The notes under the pieces were generated by a model that ran no database searches, was not told the DNA's origin, and saw only the letters and a program-made list of their open reading frames with translations. Shown here piece after piece: positions 1 through 10,154 of a stretch of DNA of 64,000 nucleotides. Position 1 is the stretch's first letter. The number at the start of each line of letters is the position of its first letter. The translations under genes and the position numbers were made by a program. Source of the stretch: Myxococcota bacterium (GTDB lineage: Bacteria; Myxococcota_A; UBA796; CAJQPC01); contig JAZAMN010000052.1 in the NCBI GenBank assembly GCA_036229005.1, forward strand, positions 1 to 64,000. Reading direction: 5' to 3'.

Positions 1-639
1 GACCAGCTCGACAGCGACGGCGACGGCCTGACCGACATCACCGAGACGGAGGTCTACGGGACCGATCCCAACAACCCCGACACCGACGGCGACGGCCTGA
101 CGGACGGCGAGGAGATCAAGGAGCACGAGACCGACCCCAACAACCCCGACACCGACGGCGATGGCCTGGAGGACGGCGACGAGGTCGACGTGGGCACCGA
201 TCCCAACAACCCCGACAGCGACGGCGACGCCCTCTCCGACGGGGACGAGGTCAACGTCCACGGCACCGACCCCACGGTGGCAGACACCGACGAGGATGGG
301 CTGGATGATGGCGTCGAGATCAACGACACCAACACCGATCCCACCGATGCGGACAGCGACGACGATGGGCTGAGCGACGGCGAGGAGGTCGACACCTACG
401 GCACCGATCCCAACAACGCGGACACCGACAACGGCGGCGTGGACGACGGGGACGAGGTCACCGCGGGCACCGATCCCCTGGACCCCAGCGACGACGACCC
501 TGGCCTGGTCGAAGTTGGTGCCACCTTCGGCGGCGGCGGCGGCATGACCTGCTCCACCAGCAGCAACGGGGGCGGCAGCCTGGGCGCCATCCTGGGGCTC
601 CTGGCCGGCCTGGCGCTGCTCCGGCGCCGCCGCGACTGA
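1..639 (+). CDS. 5'-truncated surface protein with Ca-binding DxDxDGLxDGxE (bacterial TSP3-like) repeats and a MYXO-CTERM-type tail
   Basis: Frame 1 is open from base 1. It has repeated [18 protein letters not shown] units and ends [29 protein letters not shown]. Confidence 0.85.
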   Translation, partial: DQLDSDGDGLTDITETEVYGTDPNNPDTDGDGLTDGEEIKEHETDPNNPDTDGDGLEDGDEVDVGTDPNNPDSDGDALSDGDEVNVHGTDPTVADTDEDGLDDGVEINDTNTDPTDADSDDDGLSDGEEVDTYGTDPNNADTDNGGVDDGDEVTAGTDPLDPSDDDPGLVEVGATFGGGGGMTCSTSSNGGGSLGAILGLLAGLALLRRRRD

Positions 640-661
640 GCCGCCCTCCCCTGCGGAACAG

Positions 662-694
662 GACCCTCGGTGCCTTCGGGCGCCGGGGGTTCTT
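662..694 (+). terminator. Hairpin with UUCG tetraloop, probable terminator
   Basis: GACCCTCGGTGCC-TTCG-GGCGCCGGGGGTT followed by CTT, 23 nt after the stop codon. Confidence 0.55.
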
Positions 695-730
695 GGCTCT
701 GGCCCCCCCCAGCCCCCACAATGGCAGCCC

Positions 731-1153
731 ATGGCTCCGCCAACCTGGCTCCGCCCCCTCGCCGCCCTCAGCTCCTGGGGGGGCCTCGCCCTGTGGGGGG
801 CCGCCCTCATCGCCCTCCCAGCCACCGTGTTGGTGGTCTACGGGCTGGCCAGCTTCGTGCCGCAGCCGGACCCCGGCCCGGTGATCGCGGCCCTGTTCGT
901 CGCGCTGGGCATGGGCGCCGCGCTGATCGCCGCCCTGGTCCTCACCCTGGCGTCCATCGGCCTCCCGCTGGCGCACGCCACCGGCCTGCTGGCTGGGGTC
1001 CTGCTGTTGCGTCACCCCGGACAGCGCGGGCGCGCGGCGGCGCTGCTGGTGGGTCACGGGGTGGGGGCCCTCGTGGTGCTCGCGGTGGCGCTCCTGCTGC
1101 TGCTCGCGCCGGTGCTGCCGGGCGCCGAGGGCCTGCCGCTCAGGACTCCTTGA
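731..1153 (+). CDS. Small hypothetical membrane protein
   Basis: 140 aa with about 4 hydrophobic segments and GC3-rich codons. Confidence 0.65.
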   Translation: MAPPTWLRPLAALSSWGGLALWGAALIALPATVLVVYGLASFVPQPDPGPVIAALFVALGMGAALIAALVLTLASIGLPLAHATGLLAGVLLLRHPGQRGRAAALLVGHGVGALVVLAVALLLLLAPVLPGAEGLPLRTP

Positions 1154-2210
1154 ACGCGTCCCGGGAGCGGTCCACCACGCTGCGCAGGCTGATGCCCTCG
1201 ACGACCAGGAAGATGCTGCCCAGGCCCACGATGAACAGGAACTGGGTGAGGTGCAGAGTCCCTGCGAAGGCAGTCGCGAGCGACTTCGACACCCCCCACA
1301 GCGACAGCGCCGCCACCGCGAAGGCCTCGTAGCTGCCGAAGAAGCCCGGGGTGGGGATCAGCGTCATGCCCGTGATGATGAGCGTCCAGGTGGTCAGCGC
1401 CGCGTCCCAGCCCGTGGGCAGCCCCGCGAAGGCGTGCAGCACGAGCCAGGTCGAGAGCACGATGCCCACCCACATGGTGCCGGACATCGCCAGCACCGCC
1501 AGCGCGCGCGCCGGGCGCTTCATCAGGTTGACCAGCCCGGAGTGGAAGCTGCGCAGGAATCCCCCCAGCTTCTCCGCCAGCGCGGGCACCGGGATCAGCC
1601 GCAGCACGAGCTGGATCACCGGCTCACCGATGGCCGCCAGAGCCAGCAGGAAGAGCAGCCCGACGCCGATGCTGACGCCGAACACGCGCTGCCCCGCCTG
1701 CACCACGTCGATCCCCTGGATGACCAGCCCGTCCACGGGCAGCTCGACGAACATGCCCACCAGCAGCAGCAGCACCATCAGGCACATCAGGTCCACCAGG
1801 CGCTCGACCACGATGGCCGCCAGGGAGCGCCCAAAGGGCACCTGCTGCCGCTCCAAAAGCAGGTAGGGGCGCACGAACTCGCCCAACCGCAGCGGCACCA
1901 CGTTGATCGCCAGGAAGCCGATCGTGGTCACCGAGAACATCTCCCGGAAGGGGATGTCCGGCCGGTCGATCAGCATGCGCAGGCGCACCGAGCGGATGCA
2001 GTGGTTGGTCAGGTAGATCGCGAACACCGGCAGCACCCAACCCATGCGCGCCTGGGCCATCGCCTCCCAGAGCTCGCCCCAGTGCACCCCTCGCAGCACC
2101 CAGGCCAGGCAGAGCCCGGTGACCACCAGCACGGCCCCCAGCTTCCAGCGCAGACCCGTCGAGCGAGGCGGCTCGTTGGCGGGCGCGGGCGTCTCCGGCG
2201 TCGCGCTCAA
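1140..2210 (-). CDS. Lysylphosphatidylglycerol synthase TM / flippase-like protein (UPF0104)
   Basis: Motifs NVVPLRLGEFVR, ERLVDL and PTPGFFGSYE. The TTG start at 2210 overlaps the upstream stop (TTGA). Confidence 0.85.
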   Translation of the reverse strand: MSATPETPAPANEPPRSTGLRWKLGAVLVVTGLCLAWVLRGVHWGELWEAMAQARMGWVLPVFAIYLTNHCIRSVRLRMLIDRPDIPFREMFSVTTIGFLAINVVPLRLGEFVRPYLLLERQQVPFGRSLAAIVVERLVDLMCLMVLLLLVGMFVELPVDGLVIQGIDVVQAGQRVFGVSIGVGLLFLLALAAIGEPVIQLVLRLIPVPALAEKLGGFLRSFHSGLVNLMKRPARALAVLAMSGTMWVGIVLSTWLVLHAFAGLPTGWDAALTTWTLIITGMTLIPTPGFFGSYEAFAVAALSLWGVSKSLATAFAGTLHLTQFLFIVGLGSIFLVVEGISLRSVVDRSRDAFKES

Positions 2211-2998
2211 GGCTTGCGGTCGCGCAGCAGGTGGAGGCCCAGCAGGGAGTTCTCCAGGTGCGTATGCGGCGCCAGCCCGTAGAGCGGCGGCGGCTGAGGC
2301 TCCGTCACGTCGGTCCCGAAGATGCGGTCCCAGATGGTGAGCGCCTGCCCGTAGTTGCCGTCCACGATGTGCCCGTTCCGCGTGTGGTGCCAGGCGTGGA
2401 AGCCCGGGTTGTTGAAGAGCAGGTTCCAGGCCTTGTTCACGGGGCGGTCCAGGGGGAAGCGCAGGTTGGCGTGCTCGAAGGCGTCGAAGACCACCCCGAC
2501 CAGCAGCACCAGCTCCAGCACGCCCGGCGCCAGATGCAGGTCGAACAGGAGGCGGAAGAGCACAAGGGGGATCATCGTGAGCTGCACCATGTCCACCACG
2601 TGCATGCGCAGACCGGAGGTCGCGTTGATGTGCTCCGAGGAGTGGTGGGTGCGGTGGAATCTCCACAGGATGGGCACCCGGTGGCCCGCGTAGTGCACCC
2701 AGTAGCGCGCGAAGTCCAGCAGCAGGAAGGCGACCAGCCCCTGCGCCCACACGCGCCCCTCCAAAAAGCCCAGGTCGATGAAGCCCTGATCGCCCAGCAG
2801 CAGACCGACGGCCGCGATCAGCCCCACGCGCAGCACAAAGAGGAAGGCACCCGAGGCGATGTTCAGGCCCGTGTCCTTCCAGTCAACGACCGGCTGGACC
2901 CGCGGGAAGACAGCCCCCAGGGCCAGGAAGGTCACCATCGCCCCCGCCGTGAACACGGGGGTCAGCAGGGGCAACCACTGCAAGAACTGCTCGGGCAT
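2207..2998 (-). CDS. Sterol desaturase / fatty acid hydroxylase family protein
   Basis: His boxes YWVHYAGH, FHRTHHS, FEHAN and FHAWHH, plus NYG...WDRIFGT. Confidence 0.9.
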   Translation of the reverse strand: MPEQFLQWLPLLTPVFTAGAMVTFLALGAVFPRVQPVVDWKDTGLNIASGAFLFVLRVGLIAAVGLLLGDQGFIDLGFLEGRVWAQGLVAFLLLDFARYWVHYAGHRVPILWRFHRTHHSSEHINATSGLRMHVVDMVQLTMIPLVLFRLLFDLHLAPGVLELVLLVGVVFDAFEHANLRFPLDRPVNKAWNLLFNNPGFHAWHHTRNGHIVDGNYGQALTIWDRIFGTDVTEPQPPPLYGLAPHTHLENSLLGLHLLRDRKP

Positions 2999-3107
2999 TG
3001 GGGTTCCTTGGTTGGAGATTCTACCCCGTCAGCGCGCGCTTCCTTGCGGGCCACCCTGTACGCAGGTGATCCATACCGCTAAAATGTAAGTTGTTCCCCG
3101 GACGCAC

Positions 3108-4628
3108 GTGAGAAACGAACTCGACGCCACCCCGCCCAAGCAGGACCCCTTTCTGGGCCGGCTGCTCGCGGACCGCTACCAGATCAAGCGCTTGATCGCC
3201 AAGGGCGGCATGGGCGCTGTGTACGAGGCCGAGCAGAGACCCCTGGGCCGCCGCGTCGCCCTCAAGGTCCTGCGCGAGCCCCCCAACTCCAGCGACAGCG
3301 ATGCCTTCCAGCGCCGCTTCTTCCTGGAGGCCGCCACCCTCGCCAAGCTGGACCACCCCCACACCGTCACCCTCTTCGACTACGGCCAGGACGGGGACGG
3401 CGTGTTCTTCCTGGTCATGGAGTACGTGGACGGGCTGCCCCTGTCCGCGGTGCTCAAGCAGGAGGGCGGCTCCCTGGATCCCCAGCGCCTGCTCCGCCTG
3501 ATGACCCAGGTCTGCGGCGCCCTCTCCGAGGCCCACCAGGCCGGCATCGTCCACCGCGACCTCAAGGCCGGAAACCTGCTCGTCAGCAGCGACCGCAACG
3601 GCCTGGACCACGTCAAGGTCGTCGACTTCGGCCTGGTCAAGCTCACCGAGGGCGACCAGGCAATCACCGTCACCGGCATGATCATGGGCAGCCCCCACTG
3701 CATGGCCCCCGAGCAGGTCCAGGGGGAAGACGTCGACCACCGCGCCGACATCTACGCCGTGGGCGTGCTCCTGTACCGCTGCCTCTGCGGCGAGTACCCC
3801 TTCCACGGCTCCACCACCACCGCGACCATGATCGCCCACCTGCGCGAGCCCGTCCCCTCCCTGGGCAAGGCCAACCCCGACCTCGTCCTCCCCGAGGGCC
3901 TCGAGGCCATCGTCCGCCGCTGCCTGGCCAAGAAGCCCCAGGACCGCTTCCAGGACATGACCGAGCTGGCTCGCGTGCTGCGCGCCTGCGTCGAGGTCCC
4001 CCCAGAGGAGTTCACCGCCGTCTCCACCATCCTGGACGCCGCCCCCACGTCGGAGCCCCGCCCGCGCAAGACCTGGCCTTGGGCCCTGGCCGCCGTCGCC
4101 CTGCTGGGGGTAGGCCTGGGCGCCTTCTCCCTGCTGCGGGAGCCCCCGACACCCAGCGCCGCCCTCGCCCCCGCCAGCGTCCCCGTGAGCCTCACCAGCG
4201 ATCCCTCGGGGGCCGTCGTGACCGTCAACGGGGTCATGTTCGGCACCACACCGCTGCTCGCGGATCTGCCCCCCGGCCCCCAGAGCATCGAGCTCTCCCT
4301 GGACGGCTACGAGCCCCTGTCCCTGCACAAGCAGGTGGTCGCCGGCCAGCCCCTGGAGCTCACCCTGTCCCTGACCCCGGTGCAGAGCGCTCCAGCTCAG
4401 ACTGCCCCAACGCAGAGCGCCCCGACGCAGAGCGAGCCCCCCAAGGCCACCAAGCCCTCCCCGCCCAAGACCACCCCCAAGCCCCCAAAGGCCGCCCCCA
4501 AGCCCGCTGCGGACAGACCCAGCAGCACCTCGTCGGCGCCGTCCAGTGCACAGAAGGACGCGCCACCCGCCCAGCCAGACGGTGGGGACGAGGCCCCCGC
4601 GGGCTACAAGTCCAATCCCTTCGACTGA
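3108..4628 (+). CDS. Hanks-type Ser/Thr protein kinase with TM helix, PEGA domain and Pro-rich tail
   Basis: GGMGAVY, VALKVL, HRDLKAGN, DFG and APE motifs. TM segment WALAAVALLGVGLG, PEGA motif SDPSGAVVTVNG..GTTP. Confidence 0.95.
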   Translation: MRNELDATPPKQDPFLGRLLADRYQIKRLIAKGGMGAVYEAEQRPLGRRVALKVLREPPNSSDSDAFQRRFFLEAATLAKLDHPHTVTLFDYGQDGDGVFFLVMEYVDGLPLSAVLKQEGGSLDPQRLLRLMTQVCGALSEAHQAGIVHRDLKAGNLLVSSDRNGLDHVKVVDFGLVKLTEGDQAITVTGMIMGSPHCMAPEQVQGEDVDHRADIYAVGVLLYRCLCGEYPFHGSTTTATMIAHLREPVPSLGKANPDLVLPEGLEAIVRRCLAKKPQDRFQDMTELARVLRACVEVPPEEFTAVSTILDAAPTSEPRPRKTWPWALAAVALLGVGLGAFSLLREPPTPSAALAPASVPVSLTSDPSGAVVTVNGVMFGTTPLLADLPPGPQSIELSLDGYEPLSLHKQVVAGQPLELTLSLTPVQSAPAQTAPTQSAPTQSEPPKATKPSPPKTTPKPPKAAPKPAADRPSSTSSAPSSAQKDAPPAQPDGGDEAPAGYKSNPFD

Positions 4629-4664
4629 GGGCGTTGTAGGATGGGGGACCCCGGAGACGTCCGA

Positions 4665-7223
4665 ATGAAGCACGGCTTCCAGCCAAAAGCCGGCGGGCTC
4701 CTGCTCCTGCTGGCGATCGCCCTGGCCAGCCCCGTGGCCCTCGCCGACCCAAAGGACGAGGCCCGGCGGCACTTCAACGCCGGCCTGGAGCTGATCGCCG
4801 CGGGCGACTACGACAACGGCATCGCGGAGTTCGAGGCCGCCTACGCCCTGGTCCCCCACCCCGCCGTGCTCTACAACATCGGCCGGGCCCACGCCGACGC
4901 GGGCAACTACCAGGCCGCCATCGACGCCTTTGAGGCCTACCTGGCCACCGAGCCCATCGATCGCTCCGAGGTCGAGGGCTACATCCGCGTGCTCCAGGAC
5001 CGCATGGCCGCCCAGCAGCCTGCCCCCGAGCTCCCCAGCGGCCAGCCCCAGAGCGCCGGCACCGTCAGCGCCACCCCCGACGAGATCGCCGAACTGAGGG
5101 CCCACGCCGAAGCCCTGGCCGCCCTCGCGGAGTCTCTCGCGGAGAAGGAGGAGCGCGCGACTGCCCAGGCCTCTGGGTCCACCCCCTCGCCCTCCGGTGA
5201 CACCCAAGCCGGCAACGATCCTGGCCCCAACGAGGTCGGGCTGGGTGAGCTCGGGCTGGGTGAGCTCGACGGCGCCCTGGTCGAGGACCTCTACAGCCGC
5301 CAGGTCGTCACCGCGTCCCGCTTCGGCCAGGACCCTCTGGAGGCCCCCGCCGCGGTCACCCTGATCGACCGCGAGGACATCGTCGCCAGCGGCGCGACCA
5401 CCATCCCCGAGCTGCTGGCCACCGTCCCCGGCGTGGACGTGATGCAGCTCACCGCCGGGCAGGCCGACGTCTCCGCGCGCGGCTTCAACCGCCGCCTGTC
5501 CAACAAGCTGCTGATCCTGATCGACGGGCGCTCGGTCTACCTGGACTCGGTGGGCACAACGCTCTGGAACGCCCTGCCCATCACCATGGACGAGATCGAG
5601 CGCATCGAGGTCATCCGAGGTCCGGGCTCCGCGATCTACGGCGCGAACGCGTTCGCTGGCGTCGTGAACATCATCACCATCACCCCCGGGGCCGCCGGCG
5701 AGCAGTCCAGCGTGCGCCTGACCGCGGGCACCAAGGGCAGCTACCAGGGGTCCACCGTGCTCACCGGGCGCAGCGGCGATCTCGGCTACCGGGCCAGCGC
5801 CGGGTACACCACCCTGGGCCGCTGGGCGCAGGAGATCGACCTGGAGAACGACCCCGCGTGGACCTCCAGCGTGGACGACCAGACCCGCAGCCTGGAGATG
5901 ATGACCGCCAACGGGCAGCTCGACTGGCGGCTCTCGGACGGGGCCTTCGCCTCGGTGAACGCGGGCATCGCCGACGGGCTGGTGGAGCTCTACTCCCTGG
6001 GCGCGCTCCGGGACTTCTACTTCGACCAGCGCAGCACCCACGTGCGCGTGGACGCCGGCACCGGCCCCCTCTACGCCCGCGTGTTCATGAACCGGCAGAC
6101 CGGCGTGACCAGCAACTGGTACGAGGCGGTCGGCCAGAGCGCCCCCCTGAGCACCACCCTGGACAACACCAGCGTGGACAGCACCCTGACCGGCGACTTC
6201 GCCTTCGGCGCGCGGGAGCAGCACAAGCTGCTGGTGGGCGTGAACTACCGCTACAAGACCCTGGCGTGGGGCTTCCTGGACACCACCCCCACCGAACACC
6301 ACCTGGGCGGCTACGCGCAGCTCCAGTCCCGGGTGGACCGCTTCGTGTTCAACGGCGCGGTCCGGGTGGACCGACACCCCCTGCTGGACGCCCCGGTGGC
6401 CTCGCCGAGGCTGGCGATGAACATGGCGCTGGGAGAGGGCAGAGCTTTGAGGGTGAGCGCAGGCAGCGCGTTCCGAACCCCTACCTTCATCGAGTCCTAC
6501 GCCAACCTGACGCTCCCCACCGGCGTCGAGGGCATCCACGCCGTCACCGTGGGCGACCTGCAGCTCGAGCCGGAGCGCATCGCCTCGGTGGAGATCGGCC
6601 TGATGGACGAGCACTCCGACTGGTGGCGCGGGGAGGCCGTGGCGTTCGCCTACCAGGTGGACAACCTGATCGACCTGAGCGGCGTGGACAGCGCCGGCTT
6701 CACGGACCAGGGCATGGACCCCGCCTCCGGCGCCTACATCGCCGGGCAGGCCAGCTTCACGAACGAAGCCCCGGTATACCGCGCGGCTGGCGGCGAGCTC
6801 GCGGTGGACTACTTCGGGCTCCCGGGCCTGGACCTGCGGGCCAACTACGCGCTGCTCCTGGTGCAGCAGAGCCTGGACGGTCAGACCCAGTCCGTGCGCG
6901 CGGCCCCGCGCCACAAGCTCAACGGCGAGGTCGTCTACCGCAGCCCCCTGGGCGTGGACGCCACCCTGGGCGCCCAGTGGGTGGACAAGCAGGTCTGGGG
7001 CATCCGCTCCTTCGACGAGTCCGGGCAGGTCGTCATCACCGACACCGACCTCTCCGGGCGCCTGATCGGCACCGCCCGGCTGGCCTGGGACCCCGTGCCC
7101 GACCTGACGCTCTCGGTGGCCGCCTGGAACTGGACCGCCGACCTGAGCGGCCCCACCCGCCAGCACCCCCTGGGGCAGCCCGTCGGCTCCCGCTACACCG
7201 CCTCCATGGCCTACCGGTTCTGA
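4665..7223 (+). CDS. TonB-dependent receptor with N-terminal TPR extension
   Basis: Signal peptide, TPR (ARRHFNAG...VLYNIGRAH), plug (VVTASR, IERIEVIRGPGSAIYGANAFAGVVNII) and C-terminal YRF. Alternative ATG at 4641. Confidence 0.92.
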   Translation: MKHGFQPKAGGLLLLLAIALASPVALADPKDEARRHFNAGLELIAAGDYDNGIAEFEAAYALVPHPAVLYNIGRAHADAGNYQAAIDAFEAYLATEPIDRSEVEGYIRVLQDRMAAQQPAPELPSGQPQSAGTVSATPDEIAELRAHAEALAALAESLAEKEERATAQASGSTPSPSGDTQAGNDPGPNEVGLGELGLGELDGALVEDLYSRQVVTASRFGQDPLEAPAAVTLIDREDIVASGATTIPELLATVPGVDVMQLTAGQADVSARGFNRRLSNKLLILIDGRSVYLDSVGTTLWNALPITMDEIERIEVIRGPGSAIYGANAFAGVVNIITITPGAAGEQSSVRLTAGTKGSYQGSTVLTGRSGDLGYRASAGYTTLGRWAQEIDLENDPAWTSSVDDQTRSLEMMTANGQLDWRLSDGAFASVNAGIADGLVELYSLGALRDFYFDQRSTHVRVDAGTGPLYARVFMNRQTGVTSNWYEAVGQSAPLSTTLDNTSVDSTLTGDFAFGAREQHKLLVGVNYRYKTLAWGFLDTTPTEHHLGGYAQLQSRVDRFVFNGAVRVDRHPLLDAPVASPRLAMNMALGEGRALRVSAGSAFRTPTFIESYANLTLPTGVEGIHAVTVGDLQLEPERIASVEIGLMDEHSDWWRGEAVAFAYQVDNLIDLSGVDSAGFTDQGMDPASGAYIAGQASFTNEAPVYRAAGGELAVDYFGLPGLDLRANYALLLVQQSLDGQTQSVRAAPRHKLNGEVVYRSPLGVDATLGAQWVDKQVWGIRSFDESGQVVITDTDLSGRLIGTARLAWDPVPDLTLSVAAWNWTADLSGPTRQHPLGQPVGSRYTASMAYRF

Positions 7224-7225
7224 TC

Positions 7226-8314
7226 ATGCTGCTGCTCACCCTGGCCTGCTACACGCCCCCTGTGGCCCTCGACACCGGCAGCTACCCCGAGCAGGTGGTG
7301 CTCTCCGGCGACGTGGTCCTGGCCCAGGGCGGCCCCGACCAGCCCGGAAACGGGCACGTGCTGCTCTACGACGCCACCGACCCGCCGCCCCCCAACGGGA
7401 CCGGCAGCCCCGTCAACTTCGCCACCTTCGGCGCCTCCTCCTGGACCTGGGCCGGGCCGGACACGGGGCACGGCGCGGCCAGCGCGGAGTGGGCCATGAC
7501 CGCCATCTCCGAGGGCAGCTACCTGCTCACCGCGCTGATCGACAACGACGGCGACTTCAAGCCCTTCCCGGCCAACTCCGACGTCACCGGCGGGGCCACC
7601 TGCGGCGACCAGGTCGGCGCCTACGTCGCGAGCGCCGCCAGCAGCACCCCCAGCGTCCTGACGCTGACGCCCCCCGAGCGCGTGGACGGCCTCACCCTGC
7701 TGGTGGGCGCGCCTCTGGAGACCGAGCGCCCCGCGTTCACCACCGACGGCGTCTCCCCGGTGTTCGACCCCACCATCTCGCCCGATCCCAGCGACCTGGA
7801 GGGCAGCCTCCAGACCCTCACCCTGCGCAGCACCGGCATCGACCACGACCTGTTGCAGCTCAACAGCCCCCAGGCCGCCTGGTGCCCCACCACCTTCACC
7901 CTGGGACTCAAGGATCTGGACGGCGACGGCGCGGCCGATCCCTACCCGGACGCGCAGCTCGCCGCGCTCGGGGCGCTCGACATGTGGCCTCTGGTGCTGC
8001 TCGTGCAGATCAGCGACGCCTCGGGCGAGCCGGTGGAGACCCCCGCGCTCACACAAATGCTCGTGTCGCCCTTCGGTGTGGCCGATGAGACCCCCGTGAA
8101 CACGCCCTTCGCCTCCGACACCCTGTCCCTGATGTTCCTGCCCCAGGCCCAGCGCACCCTGGCCGACGGTACGGTCGAGGTGCTGGCCGGCGACGCCTTC
8201 CCCCGGGGCAGCTACCAGCTCGTCGTGATCAACCAGAGCGGCCAGCTCTGGGCCATGCCCAACTCCCTGGCCGCAGAGATCCCCAGCCAGGGCACCACCG
8301 TGGTGGTCCAGTAG
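7226..8314 (+). CDS. Putative lipoprotein
   Basis: ATG 2 nt after the receptor stop; begins MLLLTLAC; acidic, beta-rich body. Confidence 0.8.
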   Translation: MLLLTLACYTPPVALDTGSYPEQVVLSGDVVLAQGGPDQPGNGHVLLYDATDPPPPNGTGSPVNFATFGASSWTWAGPDTGHGAASAEWAMTAISEGSYLLTALIDNDGDFKPFPANSDVTGGATCGDQVGAYVASAASSTPSVLTLTPPERVDGLTLLVGAPLETERPAFTTDGVSPVFDPTISPDPSDLEGSLQTLTLRSTGIDHDLLQLNSPQAAWCPTTFTLGLKDLDGDGAADPYPDAQLAALGALDMWPLVLLVQISDASGEPVETPALTQMLVSPFGVADETPVNTPFASDTLSLMFLPQAQRTLADGTVEVLAGDAFPRGSYQLVVINQSGQLWAMPNSLAAEIPSQGTTVVVQ

Positions 8315-9114
8315 TGCTGTGGCTCCTGCTGGCCTGCACCGGGGAGCCCGAGCCGGCCCCCCAGGCCAATGCGGAACCGGCCCCCCAGAGCCAGCCCGAG
8401 CCCACCCCCGCCTTCGACGCCTGGCCCGAGCAGCCCGCGCTGATCCCGCTCCCCAGCGAGCTCCTCACCCGCCTGGAGTCCCAGGGCATCGCCACCCACT
8501 GCGCCAAGCACGCCGCCGAGATCGAGTACAAGACCGCGGTCTCGGTGGAGCGCATCGCCGCCGGGCGCACGGGAGCCGAGATCGGCGCGTTCTTGGTGGA
8601 GCTGCCCGCGCAGGACACCCCCGTGCTGCTGGCCCGCCTGGACCGCATCGAAGCCGGACTCTCTGTCCTCGCGCCGGACTCGCCAGCCATCGCGGAGGTC
8701 CGGGGGCTGCGCAAGCTGCTGGAGGTGGACCCGGATCCCAAGCGGCTCAGCCCCCACCTCGACCACCTGCACATCCAGCTCCTGGCCAGCCTGGAGCCCT
8801 ACTCGGAGAGCACCTGGCTGCCGGTCCTGCTGGCGGGCGCGTGGATCCAGGCCTACCAGCTCATCGCCGCGGCGCTGGATGACGCGGGGACCCCGGAGTA
8901 CGGCCACGCCTGGTTCTACCGTCCCCAGGTCGGGGCCTACTTCCAGGCCTATGTGGCCACCATGCGCCGCGAGAACAGCCTGCCCGCGGCCATGCTCGAC
9001 CCCATCCAGACCGCTCTGGTGGACCTGCGTGACCGCACCCAGGCCGACCCCATGAGCCCCGAGGACATCAAGATCGTCCGCGAAGAGCTCGCCGGGATCC
9101 TGGGCATGCTCTGA
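8314..9114 (+). CDS. Putative lipoprotein (helical)
   Basis: GTG overlaps the preceding TAG; begins MLWLLLAC. Confidence 0.75.
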   Translation: MLWLLLACTGEPEPAPQANAEPAPQSQPEPTPAFDAWPEQPALIPLPSELLTRLESQGIATHCAKHAAEIEYKTAVSVERIAAGRTGAEIGAFLVELPAQDTPVLLARLDRIEAGLSVLAPDSPAIAEVRGLRKLLEVDPDPKRLSPHLDHLHIQLLASLEPYSESTWLPVLLAGAWIQAYQLIAAALDDAGTPEYGHAWFYRPQVGAYFQAYVATMRRENSLPAAMLDPIQTALVDLRDRTQADPMSPEDIKIVREELAGILGML

Positions 9115-9127
9115 GGCCCGAGCGCCC

Positions 9128-10141
9128 CTACTCGGGGGCGGCCTCGATGCGCTCGAACTCGTTGGCGACCTCGACCTGCTCGGCGTAGATCTCGTGCCCC
9201 TCGATGTAGAGGCAGTAGAGCTCGCCGTCCGGACAGGCCTCGCACTCGGCGCCGAAGCCCTCGATCAAGCCGCAGACGTGCCCGGGGTCGGACTCACCCA
9301 GCAGCGGGGCCGTGTTGCGCGTGTCCGCCAGGCCCCAGAGCCGGCCGCCACCAAAGGCGCTGCCGTCCGAAGTCAGCGTGCCCTCCAGGTGGAAGTCGCT
9401 GATGGGGATGTCCACGCCGTCGTAGACGATCACGATGCCGGCGCTGTCCGCGGAGAAGTAGGGAGCCTGGGTGAAGTCCACGCCCTCGAAGTCCCAGGTG
9501 GGGACGTCCTGCTCGTTGCGGCGCTTGCGCTGGCGCACGTCGCCCTGGCCGTCGATCCAGCCCTCGGCGCCCACCAGGAAGAGCTCGCCCTCGTCCACCT
9601 CGTGGATGTTGACCAGCAGGGGCATGTCCAGGAAGGTCTTGACCAGCGCAGCGACGTTCTCCGGCTTGGTGAACTCCACCTGGTCCAGGCTGATCAGGTA
9701 GGTCCGCTCCAGCAGGTCCTCGGGCCCCACCACCAGGCCCAATCCCAGGTCGGAGGTGGTGAAGGTGCTCTGGTAGGTGGTCCCGCAGACGTCCATCTCC
9801 AGCAGGTAGTACTGGTCCGGCTCCAGCGGGCGGCCAGGCACCAGGGTCACCCGGTCGCCGGCGTCGTTCCAGTCCTCGCGGAACTCGGTGCTGTGCAGCC
9901 CGTCCACGGTGCCCAGGGTGAAGCTCGCGCCGCTGACCGACTGGGTGAAGGCGATCTCCACCAGGTCCCGGTGGTAGACCTCGTCGGCCTCGTCCTCGGG
10001 CACGACCTCAGCGGGCTTGGCCTCGCAGACCTCCTGCCCGGTGTCATCCGACGAGGTGTCGTCCACGACCACGTTGCTGTCGTCGACGCCGGGGTCTTCG
10101 TCCTTCTTGCAGGCCAGGGCGGCCAGAAGCATCAGGGTCAT
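9128..10141 (-). CDS. Putative lipoprotein with Ig-like (SbsA/Big_5-like) domain
   Basis: Begins MTLMLLAALAC with a GAGGAG RBS; pattern VEIAFT...VTLVPGRPLEPDQYY...STFTT. Confidence 0.8.
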   Translation of the reverse strand: MTLMLLAALACKKDEDPGVDDSNVVVDDTSSDDTGQEVCEAKPAEVVPEDEADEVYHRDLVEIAFTQSVSGASFTLGTVDGLHSTEFREDWNDAGDRVTLVPGRPLEPDQYYLLEMDVCGTTYQSTFTTSDLGLGLVVGPEDLLERTYLISLDQVEFTKPENVAALVKTFLDMPLLVNIHEVDEGELFLVGAEGWIDGQGDVRQRKRRNEQDVPTWDFEGVDFTQAPYFSADSAGIVIVYDGVDIPISDFHLEGTLTSDGSAFGGGRLWGLADTRNTAPLLGESDPGHVCGLIEGFGAECEACPDGELYCLYIEGHEIYAEQVEVANEFERIEAAPE

Positions 10142-10154
10142 TGTCGTCTCCTCT

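Noticed and set aside
1..500. GAC-rich DNA repeats as a non-coding repeat element
   Set aside because: They are explained by Asp-rich Ca-binding protein repeats in frame 1.
3021..7166. 1381-aa minus-strand ORF and other long antisense ORFs (e.g. 21858-25244, 55312-59826, 38760-40862)
   Set aside because: These are shadow ORFs opposite well-supported genes, expected in high-GC DNA, and have no recognisable motifs.
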